Shown here: piece after piece, positions 40,022 to 52,184 of the stretch
Layout of the letters: the number at the start of each line of letters is the position of its first letter
Position numbering within the stretch: position 1 is the stretch's first letter
From: Pristiophorus japonicus
Lineage: Eukaryota
Direction of reading: 5' to 3'
DNA length: 64,000 bases
Assembly (NCBI RefSeq): GCF_044704955.1
Contig: NW_027254382.1
Span: forward strand, 62,001 to 126,000
Made by a program: the position numbers and the translations under genes
The notes under the pieces: model-generated
Database searches by the model: none
Told to the model about the DNA's origin: nothing
Seen by the model: the letters and a program-made list of their open reading frames with translations, nothing else

Positions 40022-40140
40022 CTGCATTACAACAGTGACTACACTTTCAAAAAGTATTTCACTGGCTGTAAAGCGCTTTGAGACATCCACTCGTTGTAAA
40101 AGGTGCTATATAAATCCAGTACTTTCTTTCTTTCCTTCTT
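40022..40140 (+). mobile_element. SINE/L2-type 3' tail fragment
   Basis: cattacaacagtgactacact..tggctgtaaagcgctttg..gctatataaat..(tctt)n; same tail as the DeuSINE at 56030. Confidence 0.7.
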
Positions 40141-40189
40141 AGAGTCAGGATTATGCGACTTTGTGACAACCAGTTGTTATCCTGTAGAG

Positions 40190-41590
40190 ACCGCTCTGAA
40201 TATCCTTGATCCATAACTCTCAGGACTATTGCGAGTGGTGGATCATGGCAGCAGTCTCTGTGATCCTGCGAAAAATAGAGACAAAATTTACAGTCACTTG
40301 GACAAGTATGGATTAATTAAAGGACGCCAGTATGCAGTTGTTAAAGGTAAATTGTGTTTAAATAACTTGATTGAGTTTTTTTACGTTGGTAACAGAGAGA
40401 GTAGTTGAGGGCAATGCGGTTGATGTGGTATACATGAACTTCCAAAAAGTCGAAGTGCCAGCTAATACGTTTGCCTGCAAAGTAGAAGCCCATAGAGTAA
40501 GAGGGAAAGTTGCAGCATGGGTACCAAATTAGCTGAATGACAGGAAAGAGGGATTAGTGATGAATGGAATGTGTTTCTGACTGATATCAGTGTTACCCAG
40601 GAGTCTTTATCAGGAACGTTGCTTTTCTTGATATATATTAATGAATTGGACTTGGGTGTACTTGTCTCAATTGCAAAATTTACAGACGACACAAAACTTA
40701 GAAGGATGCTGAACATTGACGCGGACAGTGATAGACTTCAAAAGGGGACCGCAGGCTGGCGGAATTAGCGGACCCGTGGCAGATGAAACCCAATGCAGAA
40801 AAGTGTGAAGTGTAACATTTTGGTAGGAAGAACGAGGAGAAGCAGTATAAATTAAAGGGTACAATCCTAAAGGGCGTGCATGAACAGAGAGACCTGGGAT
40901 ACACGTTCACAAATCGTTAAGAGTGGCAGGTTGAGAAAGCAGTTAAAACAACAATCGCCATCCTGGGCTTCATAAATAGAGGCATAGCGTACCAAAGCAT
41001 GGAAGTTAAGATAATCCTCTATAAAACACTGGTTCGTGCTCAACTGGATGTTGTATCCAATGCTGTGCATCACACTTTAGGAAGGATGTGAAGGCCTTCG
41101 AGAGAGTGCAGAAAAATTAGAACAATGGTTACAGGGATGAGGGATTTCATTTACGTGCATAGACTGGAGAAGCTGGAGTTGTTCTCTGGTGCAGTGAACC
41201 TTGAGAGGACATTTGATAGAGGTGTTCAAAATCATGAGGGTTCGGGACAGAAAAGACAGGGCGAAACTCTTCCCATTGGCGGAAGGTTCGAAAACAAGAG
41301 GACACAGATTTAAGTGGACTGGCAAAAGAACCAAAGGCGACTTGAGGAATAACTTTTTTATGCAGCGAGTGGTTATGATCTGGAAAGCACTGCCTGAAAG
41401 GATGGTGGTGGCAAGTTCAATCGTAGTTTTCAAAAGGATGTTGGATAGCTACCTAAAGGGGAAAAATGCAGGGCTATGAGGAAAAGGTAGGGTGTGGGAA
41501 TAGCTGAGGTGCTCTTGCAGATTGCGGACAGGGGCTCCACAGGCCGAAATGTGTCCATTTATGCTGTAACCCATTCTATGATTCTATGAT
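40190..41590 (+). mobile_element. Old CR1 fragment
   Basis: IYINELDLGV..AKFTDDTKL; RGHLIEVFKIMR..TRGHRFK; tail (ATTCTATG)n. Confidence 0.9.
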
Positions 41591-42249
41591 CCTGCACCAG
41601 CCACAATATAATGATATGATGGTACGATATGGGCGCTATTACAGCGTCACCAACAACACCTTAAAATTTAAATTCTATTTCCCATTGCAAGCTGCTATAC
41701 TCAGTAAAGTGAGCAACTGTTTGGCAGGGAGGTATAACAGAAAGTAAAGAAGCATTGCATGCAATTCTTTTCCTGGTAAAAGGCACCAAATTCTTTAATT
41801 GGGTAACAGCGTTTGAATAGGATTGACGAATCGCCACGATGTACTTACTCTACTCCCTCTCATGTGAATTTGGCGCATCACTCAGAATACCACTCAGTAA
41901 CAATGAAGGAGGAGATATACAGATTTTGGAGGAGCATTTCTCTGGGTAGTATTTCTCAATGGTAATTCAAGCCTCCCTCCCAACTGCACCTCACTTGTTC
42001 AAAATAAGAAAATATTCGGGGATGCAATTTAACCATTCAACGTTATGAACATTGCAAAAGAAGGAATTGGAATCAGTAAATAGAGTGAACAAGAGAAAGT
42101 GTGAGAGAGGAGAGAAAGATTGAAATGGAGAAAGAACAAGAAGCGTAAGAGAAAAAAATAAGATAATAGTAAAGGAAAGGAAAAATGACAGAAATCAAGA
42201 AATGTTTTACTTTGTAATTGTCCTTCTATACCCGCTGTTTCTCTTAGAT

Positions 42250-43110
42250 GTTTGTATTTATTCTCAAGATATGGGCGTAGATGGCAAGGCCGGAATTTAT
42301 TGTGCATTACTGGCTGCCCTTGAAAAAGTGTTGGTGGGCTTTCTCCTTGCACCGCTGCAGTCCATGTGGTGAATGTGATGTCACGTAGGAAGTTCCAGTA
42401 TTTCAACCCATGGACAATAAAGTAACATGGATAAATGAAAATTCCGGATGGTGCTTGACTTATAGAATCACACAATAATACAGCATTGAAGGAGGCCGTC
42501 TGACCAATCATGTCTGTGCTCGCTCTGTGAAAGAACCTTCTCCAATCTACTCCTTCCATTAACCCCGCTGTGTTTTGGTCGACACGAATACGCTTCTTCT
42601 TATGAGTTGCAGTAAAGAGACTTGCAGCATGATTCAAGGGGAATTGGAGCATTGCTGCGGGACAACGGTCCCGTACGTAGAATGATACAACACCTAAGGA
42701 CGCCGTTACGACCTTTGTGCCTGTGCCTCCTCTTTGCAAGAGCTGTTCAATTAGTCCCACACCTTTGCATTCCGCCATAGAACTGTTCGTTTATTCGTTC
42801 AAGTGTTTACACAATTCGATTTATAACGTTGCTACTGACTCTGCTTCCTCCCCCTTTTCAGGCTCTGCATTGCGGATCAAAGCAACTCGCTGGGTAAAAT
42901 AATGTTTCCTCGTGTCATCTGTGGTTCCTTTCCCAATTACCTTAAATCTTTGTCCTTTGGTTACCGACCCTTCTGCTCGTGGAAAGAGTTTCCCTAATTT
43001 AATCTATCAAAACTCTTCATAATTTTGAACAACTCTATTAAATCTCTTCTTAACTTTCTCTGTTTTAATGAGATCAATGCCAGCTTCTCCAGTCCCTCCA
43101 CAAAATGCCC
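42250..43110 (-). mobile_element. Mosaic of old CR1-like 3' fragments
   Basis: atagaatcac..gaaggaggcc and accttaaatct.tgtcct.tggtt (reverse of TRGHxFK). Confidence 0.6.
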
Positions 43111-44539
43111 ACATCCCTGATATGAAACAAATTAAACATGTTGTTTTAAAAGTTCCCTCAATTACAGATATTGCTTTACTGAATCGCTCGATGACAGATA
43201 TCTTCTTGGTTTGGTCTGTGGCTTCCCTAGAATTTTTTACATAGTCGAGCAGTTTGAAGCACCGTGATTCTCAGTCAACAGAAATAAACGGCGCTGCATT
43301 CATTTTCTGAATTGACAAAGGAAAAATTAATATACATTTAAATGACGAGCACCGAATTTTCCTCTTGCAAAATCGGCACCAATTTCTCTGGTGTTATTGC
43401 GGTATAAGGTAAACTGCGTTGTCGGGATCGGGTGCAGGCGTACCAGTAACGATCTGGATCTTCGGAACTGGTGTTGTAAGTGCATTTATTTCAGGTTTTT
43501 TCTCCTTCATATACCGTCATCTCATATTGAGGCTGCATTACCGAACTCCATTGGATTTTACCTGTAAAGCTTATTTAGATCATCATTTAATGTCCTTCTT
43601 AATTAGCACAATTTAAACCAGCACAGGGAACACTTACCACAACCTACCTGCGATCGAGATTATTCTGGTGAAATACATCGGCTATTATGAAGGTAATATA
43701 TTTTGCCAGATACGTTTCTCTGCAGATCTCTAAATTGTGACTAAGTTTACCGGTTTAACCATCTCTGGGCTGCAGATGACTGGACCTGCAGTTTATTAAC
43801 GTGCCCTGGCACTCACAGTGATGGAACTCAGTTCAACCCTCATACAGAACCTCCCGCCACTTTGTAGATCTTGGCTCCGACTGCTGAAGTCGTATAGAAC
43901 GGCGGGCAGATCCTGCCACATTGGTTCCTGTGAGCCGACACACACTGAGATGGACCCAAAGGAGAGTCTCCTGTATGAAGGGCTCACAATAAACTGATTT
44001 CTTGATACTCGTGGCAATGTCCTGCAGAGCCAATCAATTGGGCAGGTTGAGTATCTTAGCGACATGCACGAAGCAGAAGCCAACTGGTTGCAGCTAAAGT
44101 TAATTGTGAGAACAGAATGACAACATTCGCTGGCATCGCCTCGAATCTAGCATCAGAATATTAAGCCTGTGCTGGCACTTTGAAAGAGCTATCGTATTAG
44201 TCCCACTCTTTTCCTAAAGCCCTGCAATTTTCTCCCTTTAGATATTTAACTAATTCCCTTTTGAAAGTTAATATTAATTCTTTTCCCCACTCTTTCACGT
44301 AGTATATTCCTGATCATAACTGCATCAATAAATTCGGCCCTTTTCACCTCAGGCTCCTTTTCCAATTTGCTTAAATCAGAAATCAAACATCAGGAAATAT
44401 GTTTGTCCCTGGTAATAACTTCAACTGAGTTGCGTACCTGGATTCCGTGGATGACGCCATAATCCCTCGCATACATCATAGCACAGTGATTGGCTGTTTC
44501 TTCGAAGGTTACTGCCGTATCCGTAGGAGTAGTTCACTG

Positions 44540-44830
44540 ATTTCACGTTGATAGTATCAGAAGGAATGGCGCAGAGCAGGAAGACAGAATCCTCAGGGTG
44601 ATGTTCAGTGAGTTCAGCGAGATGGTATCAAAGGGAATGAAGCAGAGCAGGGAGGCAGGATCCCTAGGAAGATGTTCAGTGAGTTCAGGGAGATGGTATC
44701 AGAAGGAATGGAGCAGAGCAGTGAGAACAAATCTGTGGGTGATGTTCAGTGAGTTAAGCGAGATGGTATCAGAGGGAATAGTGCAGAGCAGACAGAAAGG
44801 CAGTCCGGGGAAGAGGTGACAGCGGGTCGT
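44540..44830. repeat. Minisatellite, ~70-bp unit, ~4 copies
   Basis: gatgttcagtgagtt.agcgagatggtatcagaaggaatggagcagagcag. Confidence 0.85.
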
Positions 44831-44834
44831 GTTT

Positions 44835-45650
44835 AACGTGAGATCATGCATTTTGGCAGAAAAAAATCAAAGAGACAGTTATTATTTAAATGGAAAAAGA
44901 TTGCAAAGTGCCGCAGTTCAGCGGGACCTGAGGGTACTTGTTCATGAAGCACAAAAGGATGATATGCAGGTACAGCGAATGATCAGGAAGGCCATTGGCA
45001 TCTTGGCCATTATTGTGAAGAGAATGGAGTATAAAAGCAGGGACGTCTTGCTACAGTTATACAGGATATTGGGGACGCCACACCTGGAACTGTGTGCGGT
45101 TTTGGTTTACATATTTATGAAAGGATATACTTGCTTTGGAGGCAGTTCAGAGAAGGTTCACTCGGATGATTCCGGAGATGAGGGGGTTGACTTATGAGGA
45201 AAGGTTGAGTAGTTTGGGCCTCGACTCATTGGAATTCAGAAGAATGAGAAGTGATCTTATCGAAATGTATCAGATTATGAGGGGGCTTGACAAGGTGGAT
45301 GCAGAGAGGATGTTTGCACCGATGGGGGAGATTAGAACTGGAGGGCATGATCTTAAAATATGGGGCCGCCCAATTAAAACAGAGATGAGGAGAAATTTCC
45401 TCTCTAAGAGCGTTGTAAATGTCTGGACTTCGCTGCCTCAGAGAGCCGTGGAAGCTGGGACATTGAATAACTTTAAGATAGAAATATACAGTGTTTTAAA
45501 CGATAAGGGGCTATGGGGAGCAGGCAGGAAAGTGGAGCTCAGTCCATTATCATAACCGCCATGATATTATTGAATGGCAGAGCAGGCTCGAGGTGCAGTA
45601 TGGCCTACTCCTGTTCCAATTTCTTATATTCTTATGTTTTTATGTATGTT
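44835..45650 (+). mobile_element. CR1 3' fragment
   Basis: EAVQRRFTRMIPEMRGLTYEERL..EMRRNF. Confidence 0.92.
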
Positions 45651-46074
45651 CCTCATAATGGAGAACGGTTGGCAGTGATAACCCTACGCATTTCTGTCCG
45701 TATGGACCATATGCATTCAGGTGACCTTTAAAGAGTTGAATCGTAAACGAAACTTACATTCTACGAATGCCCTCCCAGAGAGGAGGATGTCAATCATATA
45801 TTTGGGTAGAACAAAACGACAATGATTTTACATCAGAAATTGATATTGCCCGTGCATCACACATTTTGTATGTAGGTGCCCAACGGGCACAAAGCTCCAA
45901 ATGTACCTGCAGATGCCGCGTGAACCCTCATCTCCTCTCTGTCAAAGATAATCTCTCCACCTGTCGTCTCTTTCTTGGCTTTCTATATGTGTATAACAGA
46001 AACATTGGAGCGCGTGTCTGTGTGTCAGTTAGGCCCCAGTCTTTGGGAATCATTCCAAGAGTTTGTGCTCTCTA

Positions 46075-46395
46075 GTGTGTCTGGAAGTGTTTGATGGGAC
46101 AGTATAGAGTGAGCTTTAATCTGTATTTAACCAGTGCTGCTCCTGACCTGGGTGTGTTTGATGGGACGGTGTAGAGGGAGATTTATTCTATATTTAACCC
46201 GTGCTGTACCTGCCCTGGGAGGGTGTGGTGTGCAAGTGTAGATGGAGCTGTTCTCTGTATCAAACCCGTACTGCACCTGCCCTGGGAGTTTTTGATGGGA
46301 CAGTGCAGAGGGAGCTTTACTCTTTATCTAACCTGTGTTGTACCTGCCCTGAGAGTGTTTGTTAGGACAGTGTAGAGGGAGATTTGCTCTGACAC
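46075..46395. repeat. ~67-bp minisatellite, ~5 copies
   Basis: gtgtttgatgggacagtgtagagggagctttactctgtatctaacccgtgctgtacctgccctggga. Confidence 0.92.
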
Positions 46396-46745
46396 ATACT
46401 ATACTGTATCGGACTATGGTGCATCAGAGGCCTGCTCTTTAATATAACCTGGCACGTGAAAGGCCATAATATTAGAGGAGACCGCCTGGTCACTGTGCAG
46501 TCCTTCCGCCTCTGGTGCATGATGTAACAAGGCAGGGGAAAATGTGCCGTCACTCTGATGGGACACTAGGTGGCGCAGTGGCTCCTTAACCGAAGGGACT
46601 TGGATTCAAACACATCAGGATAGGACGCGGGAAGAATAAATTTCATAGAAATAAAACAACGTGTGATAGGGAAATAGAACAGTGTGAAGGAGCCTTGGAG
46701 TAAAGAGTTCAGCAAAGTCCAAATTATTCCATTTGTCATTGCAGT

Positions 46746-46751
46746 TTTATT
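46746..46751 (-). promoter_or_regulatory. Candidate poly(A) signal for the membrane-form IgH transcript
   Basis: AATAAA on the minus strand ~415 nt after the TM2 stop. Confidence 0.45.
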
Positions 46752-47166
46752 AACAATTTCACAGAGAGCAATTCACAGAGAAGGTTTTCAAAAGTTCACA
46801 CAAATTGAATACAACAAATGAGCGTCACATTAAGACCAGAACACAGTCGGTCTGAGCTGCCAGCTATTTGTACAACTCTAACAGACATCAGGGAGAGAAA
46901 CAGATGTTCAACACCAAGGGAAGTGAATAATTGTGAATCATGAATGATAAAAGTGACTTATGTACACATGAGATATTCAAACAATTGTTTGACTCCGAGA
47001 TACATTTACATTATAGCCACGGTTATCTCACACATTTCAAACAGAGAAATGAAAAAATTGAAGGCAATTTACTCCGGGAATCACCAAGAGGACATAATTT
47101 ATTTTCAAGACACAGTGATGTGAACAACCAGAGGAGAAAAATCCACGGCGGCCGAAATTCAGTCAA

Positions 47167-47175
47167 TCACTTGAC
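47167..47175 (-). pseudogene. IGHM: IgM heavy chain TM2 exon (VK-stop)
   Basis: ccctcttttacag|GTC AAG TGA. Confidence 0.85.
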
Positions 47176-47313
47176 CTGTAAAAGAGGGATAAAAGTTTGA
47201 AGCAGCGTTTTAGTGATTTGGGGCATTAATTTCAGGGTTGTTATCAATGAAACATTTAGAGATTTGTCAAACCTCTTCAATCAACTCGAACTGAGTGCAT
47301 TGAATCTTCTCAC

Positions 47314-47441
47314 CTTCACCAGAGTGATGGCAGCGCTGTAGGAAATGCTCAGGAAGATCAAGATGATGAATGTGGAAGCGGTTGTCCAGATGTTGCTGCT
47401 CTCGTCCTCATACTCTTCACTCCAGATGTGGTCTGAGGAAT
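47314..47441 (-). pseudogene. IGHM: IgM heavy chain TM1 exon (frame and splice sites intact)
   Basis: cccgtag|(D)SSDHIWSEEYEDESSNIWTTASTFIILIFLSISYSAAITLVK|gtgaga; antigen-receptor TM (CART) motif. Confidence 0.95.
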
Positions 47442-48079
47442 CTACGGGATGCAGGGGAGGAAATATATTCAGATCGTTTGTTAACCCACGATCTCATCTT
47501 ATTATTACGTATTCTATTTTCTTTTTTTAAGGTGTTAGATTGTTCTCTATTTTAATGTTCAATGTATGCCCTGTGTTAAGTTAATCACGCTCAGTAATCT
47601 ATCTGTGTTCCTAATTCCACAGTCGTTCCTTCTTTATGATCCTTCTATAGTCGGTTTTGGAAAATATGACAGTTTTCCTTCAATGTCACAGGCTAATTGA
47701 TTTTGCATCAATTTCATAGGATTTACCATTCGGGAATAGTATGATGTAATATCGGGGGAACTATACTGAATGATATCGATTAATTTAACAATAGCTTCAG
47801 ATAGCTAATTATTCGGAGACTGTCAAAGGGACAGGGTAAGACATCAGATGTGAGTTATAATCTGGATTAATTTGTGGTAGTCAAGGTTCTGAACATAATT
47901 AATTTGCATGAGTTTCCAACTAAGAACTTTGATTCAGTTTGCGTTCAGGACCAGAATATAGGAATGTTAGATATTATGGTATCAGAAATGATTTATTTAA
48001 TACAATCGTTGCAGACTGTCTGTTCAAAGAATTTATTTTAATTCTATATTCGTCTGTTACCTGACGTATTTTTTGCACT

Positions 48080-48484
48080 TTAGTGTTTGTGTTTGTGTGT
48101 ATGACGATCTCTTCTTTTGGTGTTGTCTGTGTTTGTGTGTTGATGTATGTTGATATGTAAGTTTGAATGTTTTAATGTGTCATTCCATATATTTATATTT
48201 TTGTGTAAGTGTTTGTGTATTTTTGTAAGTTTGTGTATGTTTACATGTAAGCCTTTATGTGTATATATGCAATTGTTTGTGGTTATGTTTAAATATGTCT
48301 ATTCTTTGTAAGTACGTTCATGTGCGTGTTTTAATGTGTTTGTGTATGGTTATGTGTACGTGTTGTGTATGTTTATGGGTAACAATGTGTGCATTTATGT
48401 GTAACTGTGTGTGTTCGCATGTAAATGTGTGTGTGTGTTATGCGTTAGTTAATTTGTGTTGAATATGTGTTTATGCAAGTGAAA

Positions 48485-48517
<33 letters not shown>

Positions 48518-48710
48518 TGCTTCTGTTTTATTTAAGGGTGTGTTTATTTTTGCTGTCATATTAATGGTGCTGTGGTTCTGACAATGACGGTGTGTATTAT
48601 ATTCTGGGTATGCGTAATATCTTGTGTCAGTGTGTCAATGTGTGTGTTTATGTGTAAGTCGCTGTGTGTTTATGTGTAAATCCGTGTTGTGTTTATGTGT
48701 AAGTGTGAAC
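48080..48710. repeat. Degenerate (TG)n/TG-rich tract in the CH4-TM1 intron
   Basis: Directly visible. Confidence 0.9.
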
Positions 48711-48829
48711 TTCCACAAAAACATACACTACTAACGTTTCCACGCATTCTTCCTCGCTCTGTGTAAATGTGTTCAGTGTGAGACACAATGTGACATCAGC
48801 TGACGGAATGCAACAAATGAATCGATGGG

Positions 48830-49825
48830 CATCTCTCTCTGGTGACATTGAGGGGTACAATGATTTAACAATTGCCCTTTGCCCTCTCGCTTGTGTGGAA
48901 GTCGGATACATTGGGTTAACAATTGCAGATTCCCCTCACTATGCTGGGGTTGTGGGCGGGACAGTAAGTTAACAATTGCCCTTTCCCCTCTCTCTGGTGG
49001 GGGAGAGGGTTTACATCATCAAAGGCAGTCCCTCGCAATCAAGGAAGACTTGCTTCCACTCTTAGCCTGATTTCTTACGTGGCTGTACAGTCCAATAGGG
49101 AACCACAGTCTCTGTCGCAGGTGGGAAAGACCGTGGTTGCGGGAAGGGGAAGATTTTACACGTTTGCCGCACGTTCCTTCCACTGCCTGCGCTTGATGTC
49201 TGAATGCTCTCGGCGACGAGACACGAGGATCTCAGCGCCCTCCCGGATGTACTTCCTCCATTTAGGGCGGTCTTTGGCCAGGGACTCTCAAGCGTCAGTG
49301 GGGATGTCGCACTTTATCAGGGAGGCTTTGTGGTCCCTTATAACGTTTCCCTTGCCCACCTTTGGCTCATTTGCAATGGGCGAGTTCCGAGTCGAGCGCT
49401 TGCTTTGGGAGTCTCGTGTCTGGCATGCAGACAATGTGGCCTGCCCAGAGCAGCTGATCAAATGTGGTCAGTGCTTCGATGCTGGGATGTTGGCCTGCAC
49501 GAGGACGCTAATTTTGGCGCGTCTGTCCTGCCAGGGAACTTGTAGAATCTTGCAGAGACGGAGTGAAGTTACAGTGCATTAACAATTGCCGTTTTCCCTC
49601 ACTCTGGTGGGGCAGTGGGAAGTACAGTGGGTTCAGAATTGCCATTTCACCAGTCTTTGGTATGGCAATGGGCTTACAGTGGGTGAATAATTGCCTTTTC
49701 ATCTCTCTCTGGTGGTGCAGTGGGAGGTACAGTTGGTTCAGAATTGCGCTTTCACCTCTCTGGTGGTGTAGTGGGAGGTACAGGGGTATAACAATTGCCA
49801 TTTCACCTCTCTCTGGTGGGGCGAT
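48830..49825. repeat. ~55-bp minisatellite interrupted by an RTE
   Basis: tacagtgggttaacaattgcc.ttt.cacctctctctggtggggcagtggga on both sides of 49015-49560. Confidence 0.85.
49015..49560 (-). mobile_element. RTE-clade LINE 3' fragment
   Basis: catcatcaaaggcagtccctcg..gaagacttgcttccact end, as in the 17745 element; minus strand reads RLCKILQVPWQD..GHIVCMPDTRLPKQAL. Confidence 0.88.
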
Positions 49826-50224
49826 GGGAGATTCAGTTCGTGTTCGTGTGTGGACCTCATTTCAGATTCGAGAGTGTGCGATGCTGCCAAATAAATTGTC
49901 CCCAAATCTGAAGGGATGGACAACACGAGAAACAAGGGCACCGAAATATAAATGTACAGCATTTGTTTATCGGGAAATAGAACTATGCAGATTCTCCCAG
50001 TGGGACGAAAGTTGCTGAAATGACTTTGAGGTATCCTGTCATTAAATATCTTCTCTTTCTCTCCAACCTGTGGTGTATATGAGCTGAGAGCGCTGAATGT
50101 ACCAGCTTTGGCCACAAGTCCGACAAATATTCTGCTTCAGATTAACAGCCCGCCCCTTGGCTAAAATAGGAAACAAAATTAATTGAGCGGCTGTGTGTGT
50201 AACTCACGATTGGAAGAAAAGGCC

Positions 50225-50230
50225 TTTATT
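50225..50230 (-). promoter_or_regulatory. Poly(A) signal of the secretory IgM form
   Basis: AATAAA ~40 nt after the secretory stop. Confidence 0.75.
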
Positions 50231-50268
50231 GTTTTTTACTTAAGAACTGAAAGGCAATCGAGAGATTC

Positions 50269-50659
50269 TCATTGATAAGAATTGATGTTGTCCATCAGAG
50301 CAAGGGAAATGTTCACAAAACAGAGTTTACCTCTGAATTTATTGATGGTTCTGTTGGTGATTTTCAAGGAAATCGCTTCATGTCCCACCACACAGGAGTA
50401 AGAGGCGCCGCGGGCCCACTCCTCGGCTGCAATGGATAGCAGGCTGTACATGAAGAAGGAGCTGCTGCCATTCTCCGCCATCACCTCGGTGTTCTTGTAG
50501 TTGTCGGAACCACCGGCTTGTCCTTGACGGTCCATTTGACGAAGATTTCTCGGGTGGAGAAACCTCTCACTAAGCAGGTGAGGCTGACCAACCTCTGAGC
50601 AGAGACTTCTTCTGCCGAGGGCAGGAGGACAGACAAGGCTGGTTCCCATGGATCTTTCG
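50269..50659 (-). pseudogene. IGHM: IgM CH4 exon + secretory tailpiece (frameshift near 50508)
   Basis: ttctacag|..[37 protein letters not shown][fs][57 protein letters not shown]; internal donor AG|gtaaac at 50331/50330 for TM splicing. Confidence 0.96.
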
Positions 50660-51563
50660 CTGTAGAACAGTTACAATAAAGGCAAATGAACTGGACAGTT
50701 CCAGAGACAATGGTGTGAGTTGTAATCTAATAAAGCAGGCGTATTGAGGGTGTGGGGGTGATTAAGTTGGTAAAAATCGGCATCCCGACATCAACCCGAC
50801 CACTCCTGGTTGTAATATTGTATTTGAATAATATATTTATAGGAGGCTGGAATCCTCTATTTTAACCTCCATTCGGTTTTTAACTGTAGCTGGTCCGGCT
50901 TGACACACTGTGTAAATCGCAGCAGTTACAGCGATGCGGGGACGGCTGCACCCAGGTGGTTATTGCCCTTACACCTCCCTCCTGGATCCAGGGTCCCTGC
51001 CTAACCCACCCCCCGCGATCCGAGAGCTCCTCACTCGGATTCCAATCCTCCTCTGCTCCCGGGTGGCCTTTGAGACCACCACCAACTCGCCTTCTCTTTT
51101 AACATTCGCCAATGTCCCGTGGTTGTACGTCAGAGAAATATGCTCTTCGTTGACATTTAACGTTTTATTATTTCCCCTCTGGGGCCTCTCTGGTTTACCA
51201 TCCCGCAGCAGAGTGAACATAATTTTTCTCTCTGAAATCTTGAAGGGTTGGACTTGAATTTACTGCACAGATCAAGGAGATTTGGCCAACTGGTCTATGC
51301 TGGTGTGTATGTTCCACACATGCCTCCTCCTAGCTCACTTAATCTCATCCTAATAACATACCCTTCTATTCCTTTCTCGCTCATGGACTTATCCAGTTTC
51401 CCCTAAAATACATAACATCAGGTCCCAGAGTGCTGAGTTCGTGGAATTACCAAACTGAATGATCAGAGTAGCCCATTAAACACTTTAAATAATGAATTGG
51501 CCCTTGCACATGCAGCAGAAATAGTCACAGTATCTGACTTATTGCAACAATCTCCCCGCTATC

Positions 51564-51871
51564 CCTTTTCCTTGTGGATGGAATCTCTGATAGGAGTCGG
51601 TATATCCTGATGGCTCACCATCCAGTAGAACTTATCCCCACTCAGCCAGTCTTGTGTCGAGATGTTTAAGTTGCTGATTACGCTGCTGGGACCCTCTCCG
51701 TGTTAGACGGCAATCTCTGATTTCAAAGCCTCCTTTTCTCAGGTCCAGGACACGGTGAGCCCATAAGGAGCATCAGACACGACGCAGTTTAAGGTCACCG
51801 TCGCTCCAGTAAGTCCTGTGCCAGTGACTGTGGGCGAAGAGTGATTTTTGAATCGCTGCATGGGACATCCA
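51564..51871 (-). pseudogene. IGHM: IgM CH3 exon (frameshift, two stops, second Cys->Trp, donor site lost)
   Basis: gttttgcag|DVPCSDSKITL..LLE[fs][65 protein letters not shown]. Confidence 0.94.
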
Positions 51872-52184
51872 CTGCAAAACAGGAATGAAAGTCAGGAAAA
51901 GCTGCATCTTCAGAATCCGGACACCAATTTTTAGCCTTAACTCGTTCAAGGGGGATAAATCACTTTTGAGATATCAACCTCACGCTATTGCTTTAACACC
52001 GGCGTTATTGGAAGGACAATGTATTGGCAACGATTCCGGGAGATCTGTAACATTTCCTGTGTATTTGAAGCCAGAGCCACCTGTAATGGGCTGTGAAGCA
52101 AATAACCGGCGTAAAACGGGAATACATTGTGGTGCTATTGTGTTAGGCACTGAATAGCGCTCATCCTGAAATCCCTTGCTGCTT

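Noticed and set aside
42029-42778. 249-aa minus-strand ORF
   Set aside because: Crosses LINE scraps and a purine-rich tract; no recognisable domain.
43796-44110. Possible extra Ig or other exon downstream of TM2
   Set aside because: No Ig Cys/Trp spacing or other motif in any frame I translated.
46565-46625. tRNA-like A/B boxes (ggtggcgcagtgg...ggattcaaac)
   Set aside because: Too short, no cloverleaf; at most a SINE-head scrap.
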